Shown one piece after another: positions 1-8,908 of a DNA stretch of 64,000 nt. The position numbers were made by a program, and so were the translations under genes. Below the pieces are notes generated by a model, which was given only the letters and a program-made list of their open reading frames with translations, was not told the origin of the DNA and ran no database searches. The DNA is taken from the NCBI GenBank assembly GCA_016196885.1, contig JACPWU010000002.1, positions 22,358 to 86,357 of the forward strand, read 5' to 3'. Position 1 is the stretch's first letter. Every line of letters begins with the position of its first letter. This DNA is from Chlamydiota bacterium. Lineage in GTDB: Bacteria > Auribacterota > JACPWU01.

Positions 1-16
1 GCTTTTATCCTCATAG

Positions 17-430
17 TTATTCCGATTGAAGGAGTTTTTCTTTAAGGAAATGAATAATGTCTTCTGTCGAGGTGTCCGGGCCCCAAAGTTTATTCACCCC
101 TTTTTTCTCCAATTTTTCAATGTCTTCAGGTGGGATAATGCCGCCACCAATGAGGAGCATGTCTGTTAACTTTTTTCTCTTACGCAATTTTAAGAGTTCT
201 GAAAAAAGAGTCATGTGAGCCCCTGAAAGAATGCTAATCCCGATCGCATCCACGCCTTCTTGCAGAGCCGCATCCATAATGGCCTCTGGGGTTTGCTTAA
301 TGCCTGAATAAATCACGTCCATCCCTGCATCTCTGAGGGCACGGGCAATCACTTTAATCCCGCGATCGTGGCCGTCCAGACCCACCTTGGCGAGAAGAAT
401 CTTGATTGAACTCAAACCTTTTTGTGCCAT
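17..430 (-). CDS. Cobalamin (B12)-binding domain protein, resembles the methylmalonyl-CoA mutase C-terminal domain or small subunit
   Basis: Complete 137-aa ORF. Motif LAKVGLDGHDRGIKVIARALRDAGMDVIY is the classic DxHxxG B12-binding fold. Window starts just beyond its stop. Confidence 0.7.
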   Translation of the reverse strand: MAQKGLSSIKILLAKVGLDGHDRGIKVIARALRDAGMDVIYSGIKQTPEAIMDAALQEGVDAIGISILSGAHMTLFSELLKLRKRKKLTDMLLIGGGIIPPEDIEKLEKKGVNKLWGPDTSTEDIIHFLKEKLLQSE

Positions 431-461
431 TTAGACTCCTTGTGAAAGTGTCCGTTTGACC

Positions 462-1388
462 TTATCCACGAACTGATATGCCCACAGTTTTAAACGCCTT
501 TAAGTTTTTTCTTAAAGTTGCCGATTGAGAATTTTCCTTGATGAAGGAAAGGGCCTCTTCACAAGTTCGAATGGCATTCCCAAAATCCTTTCTCTCAAAA
601 AAAGAATTTGCAAAAATGAGGTAAAGGTCTGTTAAAAGTGCAGCCAGGTCCGGAAGATCGGGATCCAAGATATAGGCCTTGAGATAAAAGGGGAGGGCCT
701 GGAGGTATCTTTCCTCATGAATCCAATAAATTCCTTGATTGTAATAAATCACGGCAATCAGGGCGACCCCTTTCACAGTTCTTTTTCCTTTCCAGGTTTG
801 AAGATGACTGTTATAAATGAACTCGTTGCGCTGGACAACCCGTGTGCTCCCGGAAATCAAGCATCCATGGGGTGATGTGGTTTCTACTTCAATATTCTTT
901 CGCGAAATAGGATCCAAAAAAATCGAGAAGACATGGGTAGGAACTTCCCTTGCGGCGGTTGAAATGCCAAACCGCTCGCAAAGAATGTTAAAAAGCAAAG
1001 TCGCAGACACGCAATTGTAAAGTCCCTCCCTTAAGGTCTTTTGGATCTCTGTCGCTGTGGGATGATATTTTTTAAAAACACGCGCGTGCAAAAATAAAAG
1101 AATCACTTGGGCTTTTTGATTGGAGGAAAGTCTTTTCATGGGATACGCGAGAACCAATTGATTGTAAAATGAATCTATTTTCTGGATGTAGCGGGGAAGA
1201 TCTTTTTGGGAGACACCCGAGGCGATCAGCGCGGCCTGCTCTAGGCTCAGGCGGTCCAGACGCTTATCTTGAGCGTCTTCGAACAAAGCCTCTTCCAAGG
1301 AACCTCTGGGGAGTTTGAGAGGAGAGGCTGAGAGCAAAGGGGTACTCGTGAGGAAGACCAGTATGAGAAGAGTCGCCCAAATTTTCAT
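462..1388 (-). CDS. Secreted transglutaminase-like cysteine protease-fold protein with a C-terminal TPR-like region
   Basis: ORF track starts on TTG at 1433; ATG at 1388 gives signal peptide MKIWATLLILVFLTSTPLLSA. Cys...His arrangement (YNCVSATLLFNILCERFGI...THVFSIF) is typical of transglutaminase-like cores. Confidence 0.5.
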   Translation of the reverse strand: MKIWATLLILVFLTSTPLLSASPLKLPRGSLEEALFEDAQDKRLDRLSLEQAALIASGVSQKDLPRYIQKIDSFYNQLVLAYPMKRLSSNQKAQVILLFLHARVFKKYHPTATEIQKTLREGLYNCVSATLLFNILCERFGISTAAREVPTHVFSIFLDPISRKNIEVETTSPHGCLISGSTRVVQRNEFIYNSHLQTWKGKRTVKGVALIAVIYYNQGIYWIHEERYLQALPFYLKAYILDPDLPDLAALLTDLYLIFANSFFERKDFGNAIRTCEEALSFIKENSQSATLRKNLKAFKTVGISVRG

Positions 1389-1432
1389 GTATGTACTTTC
1401 ATTAGAATAAAACGAGCGGAAGTTGTCAAGCA

Positions 1433-2014
1433 ATGGTAGAGATCCTTTTAGATTATAAAGCGCTGGAAAGTTTTCAAGGATGGGAGGGCGTGTTTGGAAA
1501 AAAGGCCCCTCTCAAAGTGGACATGGGTTGCGGCAAGGATCCTTTCTTGATTCAATGTGCAATGAAGGATCCCAAATCTCATTTCATTGGGGTCGAGCAA
1601 GATTCTAAGATCGCCTACCGCTTCGAGAACAAGGTGAGAAAAAGCGGCCTTGAAAACATTCGCGTTCTTCATTTCGAAGGGCATTTCGCTTTGCAAAGAT
1701 TTTTTCTCCCTGAGAGCATTGACCATTTCTTTCTGCAGTTTCCGGATCCTTGGCCTAAAAAAAGGCATGTCAAAAGGAGAATTTTGAGTGTGGCATTTGT
1801 CAAAGAATTATGGCAGAAATTGAAACCTACCGGAGAATTTTTTATCGCAACGGATGTTCAAGAAATTGCGCAACTGGGACAAGAGGTGGTTGGACAGGCC
1901 GGAGGCTTCGAAAGAATGAGCGACGAAAAGCCTTATCCCTTTTTGACGCTTTACGAGGAAAAATTTTTAAAGCAGAAACTGCCGATTTATTATCAGAGGT
2001 ACAAGAAGGTTTAA
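1433..2014 (+). CDS. trmB: tRNA (guanine46-N7)-methyltransferase
   Basis: 193 aa. VDMGCGKDPFLIQCA SAM-binding motif and FPDPWPKKRHVKRR signature of TrmB. Confidence 0.85.
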   Translation: MVEILLDYKALESFQGWEGVFGKKAPLKVDMGCGKDPFLIQCAMKDPKSHFIGVEQDSKIAYRFENKVRKSGLENIRVLHFEGHFALQRFFLPESIDHFFLQFPDPWPKKRHVKRRILSVAFVKELWQKLKPTGEFFIATDVQEIAQLGQEVVGQAGGFERMSDEKPYPFLTLYEEKFLKQKLPIYYQRYKKV

Positions 2015-2019
2015 TCTCT

Positions 2020-2145
2020 AGTAGTTTGTCCGAAAACTCTGTTTTTCCCCTCCCTTGATGGGAGGGGTGAGGGGAGGGTGATCTTACATTCCCCCTCCCT
2101 GACCCTCCCCACAAGGGGGAGGGAAATGAGAGATAGAAGACTTTT
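2020..2145. repeat. Three consecutive G/C-rich hairpins built from the words CCCTCCC/GGGAGGG
   Basis: cccctccc-ttgat-gggagggg; tgaggggagggtga...ccccctccctga; ccctcccc-acaa-ggggggaggg. Lies between trmB stop and the next gene. Confidence 0.5.
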
Positions 2146-2169
2146 CGGGTAGCCTGGAAGGATGACAGG

Positions 2170-4236
2170 TTGATCTCTATGAAAATTGAAATTCGAAATC
2201 GCACAGTTTATGTAAATAATCAGGCCATCCCTCTTATCGGAGGCGAGGTTCATTATTGGCGCCTTCATCCTTCGGAGTGGGAGAAAATTCTCGATTCTGT
2301 GAAGGAATTAGGCCTCGAAATTATTTCCACCTATGTTCCTTGGGATTTTCACGAAACGGGACCCCGTCAATATGACTTTTTAGGTGAGACAGATGAAAGA
2401 AGAAATTTAAAAGCTTACTTAGAACTACTCGAGAAAAAAGGATTTTGGATTTTACTTCGACCGGGGCCCTATATTTACAGTGAATGGAAAAATTTAGGCG
2501 TGCCGGACCGCGTGATTCAGCATCACCGAACCCATCCAGAATTTGTTCAAGAATCTAGGCATTATCTCAAGAGCCTTTTCGAAACGGTCAAACCTCATCT
2601 GGCCAGTCGTGGTGGGCGCATTATTCTTGTTCAGCCGGACAATGAACTGGATCCCTTTCTTTACACTTATGAGGATCAGTTAGGTTTATGGCCCCAAAAA
2701 GGATCTGATAAAAATCTTGCCCCCTTTCAAGATTTTCTTAAGAAAAAATATCAGAATCTTTCTTCTTTGAATCGCTCTTGGGGGACCCATTTTAAGAATT
2801 TCAACGAAGCTCGTCCGACCTGTGATTTTCTTCATCTGGATTCTTTTCTTTGGAAAAGATTTTTGGATTTTAAAGAATTTATATATTACTGGGTCGAGAA
2901 AATGGGACAGCTTTGGCATGATGAATATCGTCAAATTGGTTTTGACGTTCCCCTCTATTTAAATCTCTATGGATTCCATGAAATTCAACCCTGGAAGGCT
3001 TTGGCTCAATGTGCCGATTTTTCAGCTCTGGATTTATATCCCTCTCAAGAATTCAAAAGCTCTGGCGACGAGCATCGCGATTTTTTGGAAAAGACAAGAG
3101 CCCTCAGAGTTGCAAGCAAAGTTCCTTTCATTGCTGAATTTCAATCGGGAACCTGGCATGGCTATCATGAAACCAGTGGTCTCTTGAGTCCCAACCATTA
3201 TCGCCTGAGTGCTGTGAGTGCTTGGTTGGGCGGAATCACAGGCTGGAGCTGGTACATGCTGGTCAACCGCGACAATTGGTATTTGTGTCCCATCGATGAA
3301 AGGGGGCAAATGAGGGAGGAGATTTGCTCTGTGTTTCGGGATCTGATTCGCGTTTTTAACGTTATCAAGCCGCATGCCTTAGAGAAAAAAACAAAAATAG
3401 GGGTCAGCTTTTTCCCTCTTCATTTTACCACTCGCTCTATTGCTCACAATGACCCGCTTCTCAAATCGCTTTATGAGGCCGACATCGATTATGATTTTGT
3501 AGATTTTGAAAATCAACCTTCTTCGAAATTCGTTTTTTATGCAGGCGCCTCCTGGCTCCCTCGATCTCTCCAGCAGAAAATGCTCCAATATGTGGAAGAG
3601 GGTGGCACGTTCATTTCTTTTCTTCAGCATCCTTGTCAGGACGAAAATTTAAAACCTCTGAATCTCCTAAAATTTCAAGAACCTTCCGCTATTCTCGGAG
3701 AAAGAGAAGGGCTCGGTTGTATCAAAAATTTAGAGCTTCTACTGGGAAAAGAAAAATTCCCTGTTCAAAGTCCCTTTTATGTTTATGAAAAAGTCCAAGG
3801 AGAGCCCATTTATGCTGCGGCTCCAGAATCTAAAAGCTTTGTCGGACAATGGAATTTGCTGCAAGGTCGACAATATAGTGTTGGCTATCGCCAAAGAAAA
3901 GGAAAAGGTGCGTTGATTCATCTCGGAGTTTCTCCAACTCCCGCTCTTCTGAAAGGCCTTCTCAAAAATTTAAAAATGATACCCTTTTGTCAATCCGACA
4001 CGCCCCTCATTCAAACAGCCGCCTATGAAAGTCCCCAAGAGGACTTTGTCTTTGTGACGCATTCAGGAAAAGAAAATAAATCAGTTCATCTCATCTTTCA
4101 TTCCAAGAAAATGTCCTGCGCTGATGCCCAAGACCTTTTCTCCGGAGAAAAATTCCCCCTCTATTCAGAAGGCCCACAAATGTCCCTTCATTTCCCAATT
4201 GCGAGGAAGAGTGGGACGGTGTTGAGGTTGGTGTAG
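2170..4236 (+). CDS. Glycoside hydrolase, beta-galactosidase-like (GH35/GH42-type TIM barrel)
   Basis: 688 aa. N-terminus IPLIGGEVHYWRLHPSEWEKILDSVKELGLEIISTYVPWDFHE matches the GH35-type YVxWNxHE catalytic-acid region. Family assignment is from motif memory only. Confidence 0.55.
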   Translation: MISMKIEIRNRTVYVNNQAIPLIGGEVHYWRLHPSEWEKILDSVKELGLEIISTYVPWDFHETGPRQYDFLGETDERRNLKAYLELLEKKGFWILLRPGPYIYSEWKNLGVPDRVIQHHRTHPEFVQESRHYLKSLFETVKPHLASRGGRIILVQPDNELDPFLYTYEDQLGLWPQKGSDKNLAPFQDFLKKKYQNLSSLNRSWGTHFKNFNEARPTCDFLHLDSFLWKRFLDFKEFIYYWVEKMGQLWHDEYRQIGFDVPLYLNLYGFHEIQPWKALAQCADFSALDLYPSQEFKSSGDEHRDFLEKTRALRVASKVPFIAEFQSGTWHGYHETSGLLSPNHYRLSAVSAWLGGITGWSWYMLVNRDNWYLCPIDERGQMREEICSVFRDLIRVFNVIKPHALEKKTKIGVSFFPLHFTTRSIAHNDPLLKSLYEADIDYDFVDFENQPSSKFVFYAGASWLPRSLQQKMLQYVEEGGTFISFLQHPCQDENLKPLNLLKFQEPSAILGEREGLGCIKNLELLLGKEKFPVQSPFYVYEKVQGEPIYAAAPESKSFVGQWNLLQGRQYSVGYRQRKGKGALIHLGVSPTPALLKGLLKNLKMIPFCQSDTPLIQTAAYESPQEDFVFVTHSGKENKSVHLIFHSKKMSCADAQDLFSGEKFPLYSEGPQMSLHFPIARKSGTVLRLV

Positions 4237-4379
4237 CTTTCACGTAATTTAAAGCGGAAGTTAAGGGGACATCTACTACCGCGGTCGGCCCTTGATCTGC
4301 CATTTAGGCAGCGGGCCTCCCTTGCTGAATTGGGGGGCAATGCAACGGGAGGGAGGCCCACTTACCTTTTGATATCTGG

Positions 4380-4490
4380 CTAATTTTTCTCTTTTTCGCT
4401 GACGCTCCATTCGCGGATTCGTTTGCCATCCACGATATTCAGAGCAGCGAATAAAAGTCCTGAGAACACAATCAAGTCTACCGGAATCAT
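4380..4490 (-). CDS. Candidate 36-aa single-TM peptide (MIPVDLIVFSGLLFAALNIVDGKRIREWSVSEKEKN)
   Basis: Strong SD (aaaggag) 7 nt upstream of ATG. Hydrophobic helix followed by a charged tail. Not in ORF track because it is under 60 aa. No homology claim. Confidence 0.3.
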   Translation of the reverse strand: MIPVDLIVFSGLLFAALNIVDGKRIREWSVSEKEKN

Positions 4491-4663
4491 AAGTGCTCCT
4501 TTGTTCTGATTTCTTAATGAGCATGTACTGTGCCAAAAATTAGTAGAACGGATTTTATTTTCTTAACTTATTCATTCGCAATTGGATATGAATAATCATT
4601 TAAAGGGTTTTCCCCCTCTTGAAAAAAAGAGATGGTATTTGAGTGATCCAAAATGAATCATGT

Positions 4664-4692
4664 TTGACATAAAATAAGTCGCTTGATATAGT
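4664..4692 (+). promoter_or_regulatory. Sigma70-like promoter: TTGACA, 17-nt spacer, TATAGT
   Basis: ttgaca (4664-4669), spacer taaaataagtcgcttga, tatagt (4687-4692). About 20 nt upstream of ATG at 4712. Confidence 0.45.
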
Positions 4693-4711
4693 GACTGACG
4701 AGGGCATTCGC

Positions 4712-4951
4712 ATGAAGAGAAAGTCGCTTCTTTTAGGATTAGGTTTTGATCATCGTGATCGGCATTTGAGAGTCACACGGGGTGAGAATTTTCATTTGGT
4801 TGGAGGTTCCGAGAAGACGCATTCCAAAATGCAGGAGAAAGCCATTTCTCTCAACGAAGAACTTTCCAAGCGCAAGAAGACCCTCGAAGACGTGAGCCGA
4901 GAGGAATTCATGGACATCGCTCGCGACATTGGGCTTGAAGAAATGCATTAA
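4712..4951 (+). CDS. Hypothetical small protein (79 aa)
   Basis: ORF track starts at GTG 4691, inside the predicted -10. ATG at 4712 with gaggg SD is more consistent with the promoter. No recognisable family. Confidence 0.5.
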   Translation: MKRKSLLLGLGFDHRDRHLRVTRGENFHLVGGSEKTHSKMQEKAISLNEELSKRKKTLEDVSREEFMDIARDIGLEEMH

Positions 4952-5042
4952 ACCCTAAATCCGCCGCTCTCTATTTCGCATTCTCCAGTTTTGCAAATGG
5001 CTTGAGTTTCTCTTGTTGAATGCCCCCCAGAAATTTTTCTAT

Positions 5043-5681
5043 TCACTTCATCAATTCCAAAATAACATGATAGGGGTCTTGGATACTTTTACATCTCTCG
5101 ATGAATATTTGAGCATGTTTTCCCCAGCTCATGCAAAGGGCAGGGTTTTGAGTGTGAGTCTTGACGGATAAATCTTCCAGGTTCCCGTGATCGCTGACAA
5201 TCAGAAATGTGGTAGATGAAAGATCAAGAGAAGATAAGGCGCTTTCTAAAAAGTCTTCTAAATGTTGAATGATTTTTTTGGATTGTTCCATGTTTTGTGC
5301 GTGCCCGGCGAAATCCGTTAAAAAATGTTCGAACATGAGAAAATTGGATCCCGAGGAGGCTTGAGCCATGATTTTTCCTGCTTCAGAAGGTGTGAAGAGG
5401 GGGGCTTCAAAACCTTGGGCCCTAAAAACTTCGTTTGTGAGGTCATGGCAAATGGATTTACGTTCCTGAAGATCTTTTTGACGATGCAGGGGAATTTCGG
5501 CGGCCAAGGCGGTGACCGTAGAGCAAGAAATCTTTTTCAGTTTGTTTTGTTGTTGGGCCTCGAAAAAAGAAGGACGATAGGTATTGAGAAAATCTACTTT
5601 TTTCCCTCTTTCTTTAAGCTTCTTGAGAATGGGCGAAGGGATTAAACTGAACGTCCTTCTTCCCAATTCCAACGCCGTCAA
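5043..5681 (-). CDS. Alkaline-phosphatase-superfamily metalloenzyme-domain protein (iPGM/phosphopentomutase-like C-terminal half), apparently truncated
   Basis: C-terminal TFLIVSDHGNLED motif typical of metalloenzyme-superfamily mutases. Only 212 aa; no N-terminal half in frame upstream. Upstream 5690-5740 is a repeat. Possible pseudogene. Confidence 0.4.
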   Translation of the reverse strand: MTALELGRRTFSLIPSPILKKLKERGKKVDFLNTYRPSFFEAQQQNKLKKISCSTVTALAAEIPLHRQKDLQERKSICHDLTNEVFRAQGFEAPLFTPSEAGKIMAQASSGSNFLMFEHFLTDFAGHAQNMEQSKKIIQHLEDFLESALSSLDLSSTTFLIVSDHGNLEDLSVKTHTQNPALCMSWGKHAQIFIERCKSIQDPYHVILELMK

Positions 5682-6041
5682 TGAAGAAGAGAATGATTTT
5701 GTTCACAAAGGTAGCGTACAGCACATAGCGTGGAGCGTACAGGAAAAACAGAAGAGATTACAAAATGTTTGCTTTTTAAAAGGACGCATGCTATATTGAG
5801 CCCAGTTTTAATAAAGGATGTCATCATAAATGAAAGCAGTTCGGTTTTCCATTCAAGACATGACGAAAAAGCCTCGCGTGGGCGTACGCTCTGCCGTATG
5901 CCTTCATGCGTGTGGGCTTTTGCCGTCATGGCTTTTGAAGGGAGAATAAGACGCTGCTTGTAAAATAGATTCAAACTTTAAAGCCCATGATTGCAAAAGC
6001 GATCATGGGCTTTTTTTTCAATTTTCTAAAGGAGGTGGACC

Positions 6042-6257
6042 ATGAAAGGGGAAATTCAGCGTCAGGGTGAGAAGAAGAAGGTGAACGCTTGGGTGATTCA
6101 TCCTGTGAAGCTCACAGCCCTCATGTATTTGAAAGAGGCGCTCTTGAAAGAGCGTTATGAAGAGTGCCACACCTTGATTCAAACAGCTGTGGAATTTGGT
6201 GCTTCGCCTTGGGAGATCAGGAATCTCTTGGAGGAACCGAGAAGGCCGGTGGGGTAA
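6042..6257 (+). CDS. Hypothetical small protein (71 aa)
   Basis: Strong SD aaaggagg, 7 nt, ATG. Followed by a word hairpin at 6255-6330. Confidence 0.4.
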   Translation: MKGEIQRQGEKKKVNAWVIHPVKLTALMYLKEALLKERYEECHTLIQTAVEFGASPWEIRNLLEEPRRPVG

Positions 6258-6329
6258 CATTGAATGTCCAATTCCCAATTTCCAATTGGACATTGAAGAA
6301 TTGGAAATTAATTTGTCATTGGTTATGGA

Positions 6330-6695
6330 TCATTGGGAATTTTTTCTGTCTTCATCGTAGATAATATTTTTTTCATCTGCGAAAGATAAAACCAGGTAAG
6401 GCCGCTGTTCTTGCTGAGGACTTTCAGGGTTCCAGTCCTCGGTAAGATTCGTAGGTTTGAGTAAAATTCCAGCATCCCCGCCATGAATGAGAATGGCTTG
6501 AGCGTCTCCTGAGTCTGTGATGCGTTGGGCGAAGGCAGATGCCGGTGAAGAAGGATTGCTCCATCCGGTGACATGGTAAAAAACTTCCTCACCTCTTTTC
6601 TCCAGAGGAATTTGCTTCACTTTCCGAGGAGGTGAGAGGTCTTGAAAAACAGCAGAGATTTCCTCTTCACCTATTTTGATGTAGAGCGTGATCAT
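6330..6695 (-). CDS. Hypothetical protein (121 aa), probably co-transcribed with the Rieske gene
   Basis: Same-strand ORF downstream of the Rieske gene. No confident family. Confidence 0.45.
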   Translation of the reverse strand: MITLYIKIGEEEISAVFQDLSPPRKVKQIPLEKRGEEVFYHVTGWSNPSSPASAFAQRITDSGDAQAILIHGGDAGILLKPTNLTEDWNPESPQQEQRPYLVLSFADEKNIIYDEDRKNSQ

Positions 6696-6715
6696 TCAGT
6701 TTTTTCTCTTTAATT

Positions 6716-6810
6716 TCTTAATGAAAATAACTGTGAGTTGTGAGGGGTGAGTTGTGAGTTTTGAAGGTATTTTTTTACTCACGACTCACCCCTCACTACC
6801 CACGACGGGT
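6716..6810. repeat. Word hairpin: GTGAGTTGTGAGGGGTGAG / CTCACGACTCACCCCTCAC
   Basis: Tandem-word imperfect inverted repeat between the two minus-strand genes. Confidence 0.5.
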
Positions 6811-6819
6811 TTATACGAA

Positions 6820-7167
6820 CTACGGTAACTCCACCCAGACTTCTTCTCCCTCAACTTTGACATTGTATTTCGCTTGAGAGATCGAAGGGCTGGTGGTGCA
6901 TTCGCCTGTTGTGACATTGTATTGCCACCCATGCCAGGGGCAAATGACTTCTTTTCCCTCTAAGCTTCCTTCGCCCAAGGGGCCGCCTCGGTGCTTGCAC
7001 GTATTTTCAATGGCATAAAAACTCCCCTCAACGTTAAATAGAGCAATGGATTTTCCCTCTACCTCAAGAGCTGTTCCCGTTCCCTCTGGGATGTCTTTTT
7101 TTTGAGCAACTTTAATAAAGTTTCCCATGTTCATTCTCCTTTTATCAAAAATGGGGTCAAGGGTCAT
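6820..7167 (-). CDS. Rieske [2Fe-2S] domain protein (NirD / small ferredoxin-like)
   Basis: CKHRGGPL...CPWHGWQY matches the CxH...CxxH Rieske ligand boxes. 115 aa. Confidence 0.8.
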   Translation of the reverse strand: MTLDPIFDKRRMNMGNFIKVAQKKDIPEGTGTALEVEGKSIALFNVEGSFYAIENTCKHRGGPLGEGSLEGKEVICPWHGWQYNVTTGECTTSPSISQAKYNVKVEGEEVWVELP

Positions 7168-7262
7168 GGGTCAAGGGGCAAGTAAAAGAAAAAGTGCTTT
7201 TATCCCTGTGTTGGTTTTTTGACCCTTGACTCTTGCAGCTTGACCCTTACATTTCGACCCTG
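7148..7262. repeat. Word repeat/hairpin built from TGACCCTTGAC / GGGTCAAGGGTCA
   Basis: gggtcaagggtcatgggtcaaggggcaag ... tgacccttgactcttgcagcttgaccctta. Lies immediately upstream of the Rieske start. A related string is at 40455-40500. Confidence 0.5.
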
Positions 7263-7470
7263 AAAGAATAACCCTTCAGCTTGGTCAAAGTCAATGTTCT
7301 CAAAATGAGGCCGATTTGATACAAAGTGGAGCGGAAAAGGGGGGCGCTCTGGAGCTTCAAAAAAGAGATTTTTTTCACAACTCCTTTTCTATTAAGAAGT
7401 TAATGATTTTTTATGAATTTGGCATGAAGCTTGCTCCTCTTAAGGCTAAAGAAGGGAGGAGGGGATTTTT

Positions 7471-7668
7471 ATGAAAAAGATTTTCTTGGTTATGGTGCTC
7501 ATGGTCGGTTGTCTTTTGGGGAGTCAGGTTCCGGCATCGGCTCATTCTTATTATTATCGCTCCCATGGATATCGGCCCTATTACACCTATCGTCCGGCTT
7601 ATTACTATGGTTATTACCGTCCTTATTGTTACGACGACGGGGCGGTTGTTTATTACAGTGGGTGTTAA
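7471..7668 (+). CDS. Secreted tyrosine/arginine/proline-rich small peptide
   Basis: Signal peptide MKKIFLVMVLMVGCLLGSQVPASA, then HSYYYRSHGYRPYYTYRPAYYYGYYRPYCYDDGAVVYYSGC, about 40% Tyr with 2 Cys. SD aaggaggag upstream; own terminator downstream. Confidence 0.55.
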   Translation: MKKIFLVMVLMVGCLLGSQVPASAHSYYYRSHGYRPYYTYRPAYYYGYYRPYCYDDGAVVYYSGC

Positions 7669-7694
7669 GCAAGAAAAGCTTTCAGCACTCAAGA

Positions 7695-7735
7695 GGCGCC
7701 TGGGATTTCGTTCAGAATCCCGGGCGCTTTTTTAT
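7695..7735 (+). terminator. Rho-independent terminator
   Basis: gcgcctggga-tttcgttcagaa-tcccgggcgc followed by tttttt. Confidence 0.6.
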
Positions 7736-7806
7736 TCTTCCATTGACCGGGGGATATTCATTTGATTAAATGACCCTGATCTATATCATAAATCATAAAG
7801 AGGCGT

Positions 7807-8832
7807 ATGTCTGTACCGATTCGTCAAGTTTTGAAGGTAGGTTCTTATGTTTTTCGCCAGCGCTTGAAAAAAAATAAGCGCTATCCTCTGGTCTTGATGT
7901 TGGAACCTCTTTTTCGTTGTAATCTCGCCTGCCCGGGCTGCGGTAAAATTCAATACCCGACAGACATTTTAAGAAGGCATCTTTCCCCTGAGCAATGTTT
8001 TAAGGCAGTGGAAGAATGTGGGGCGCCCGTGATTTCTGTTGCTGGAGGAGAGCCTTTACTGCATCCGCAAATTGAGGAAATTGTGAGTGGCCTGATTGGG
8101 CGCAAGAAATTTATTTATCTTTGTACCAATGCCATTTTGCTTGAAAGGAATTTACATAAATTTAAGCCGTCGGTTTATTTGACCTTGAGTATTCACATGG
8201 ATGGCCTAGAAGAATTGCATGACAAGGCTGTGGATCGCCGAGGGGTTTTTAGAGAGGCCGTAGGTGCGATTCAAAAGGCGAAGGAGTTGGGGTTTCGCGT
8301 GACTACCAACACCACCGTTTTTGATGGGGTGAATCCTCAAGAGATGATAGATCTTTTTGATGGTCTGACAGATTTAGGAGTAGACGGGATGATGGTGTCT
8401 CCCGGGTATGCGTATGAGAAAGCACCCGATCAAGAGCATTTTCTGAAGCGAAACAAGACGAAGACCCTTTTCTCCAAAATTTTAGGTGAGGATGGAAAGG
8501 GCAAAAAGAGGTGGAGATTTAATCATTCTCCTTTGTATCTGGAATTTTTGACAGGGCAGCATGATTATGATTGTACCCCTTGGGGCAATCCCAATTACAG
8601 CGTCTTAGGGTGGCAGCGTCCTTGTTATCTGATGGCGGAAGGGGGGCATGTTGAAAGTTTTAAAGAGTTAATAGAGGGGACCGATTGGTCCGGCTATGGA
8701 TGTAAAAGTGGCAACCCCAAATGCCAAGATTGTATGGTTCACTCCGGTTATGAGCCCACTGCGGTCAATGATTCCATGACCAGTGTTTCTAAAGCGCTGA
8801 AGTCTTTGGCGGGTGCTTTGGGGATTCGGTAA
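7807..8832 (+). CDS. Radical SAM protein, HpnH-like (adenosylhopane synthase family, C-terminal DUF3463-like)
   Basis: [16 protein letters not shown] CxxxCxxC cluster near the N-terminus. Cys-rich C-terminus ([12 protein letters not shown]...QRPCYLM). Identification as HpnH is from remembered similarity, not a search. Confidence 0.55.
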   Translation: MSVPIRQVLKVGSYVFRQRLKKNKRYPLVLMLEPLFRCNLACPGCGKIQYPTDILRRHLSPEQCFKAVEECGAPVISVAGGEPLLHPQIEEIVSGLIGRKKFIYLCTNAILLERNLHKFKPSVYLTLSIHMDGLEELHDKAVDRRGVFREAVGAIQKAKELGFRVTTNTTVFDGVNPQEMIDLFDGLTDLGVDGMMVSPGYAYEKAPDQEHFLKRNKTKTLFSKILGEDGKGKKRWRFNHSPLYLEFLTGQHDYDCTPWGNPNYSVLGWQRPCYLMAEGGHVESFKELIEGTDWSGYGCKSGNPKCQDCMVHSGYEPTAVNDSMTSVSKALKSLAGALGIR

Positions 8833-8834
8833 AA

Positions 8835-8908
8835 GATGGCGTACAGCGTGCAGAAAACAAACCTTCCTTTTTTACTGTCCGCTCCGCGCTGAACGCTATA
8901 CGCTTCTT
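8835..8908. repeat. CAGCGTACAGCG-family word hairpin, copy 2
   Basis: atggcgtacagcgtgcag...ctgtccgctccgcgctgaacgctatacgc. Placed after the radical SAM stop, so it is terminator-like. Confidence 0.5.

Noticed and set aside
1448-1768. Minus-strand 106-aa ORF inside trmB, and similar antisense ORFs (for example 3034-3375, 12458-12899, 24169-24615, 36619-36885, 56370-57115)
   Set aside because: They are entirely embedded antisense in strongly supported genes with recognisable motifs. No SD or terminator signals.
4240-4400. GC-rich stretch considered as an SRP, tmRNA or RNase P fragment
   Set aside because: No conserved motifs of those RNAs were recognisable. A simple 10-bp terminator-like hairpin plus the small ORF explains the region.
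7411-7692. Minus-strand 93-aa ORF and + strand ORFs 7431-7769 and 7565-7765 overlapping the Tyr-rich peptide gene
   Set aside because: These are repetitive-codon artefacts of the Tyr/Arg/Pro-rich coding repeat. Only the 7471-7668 frame has a signal peptide, an SD and a terminator.
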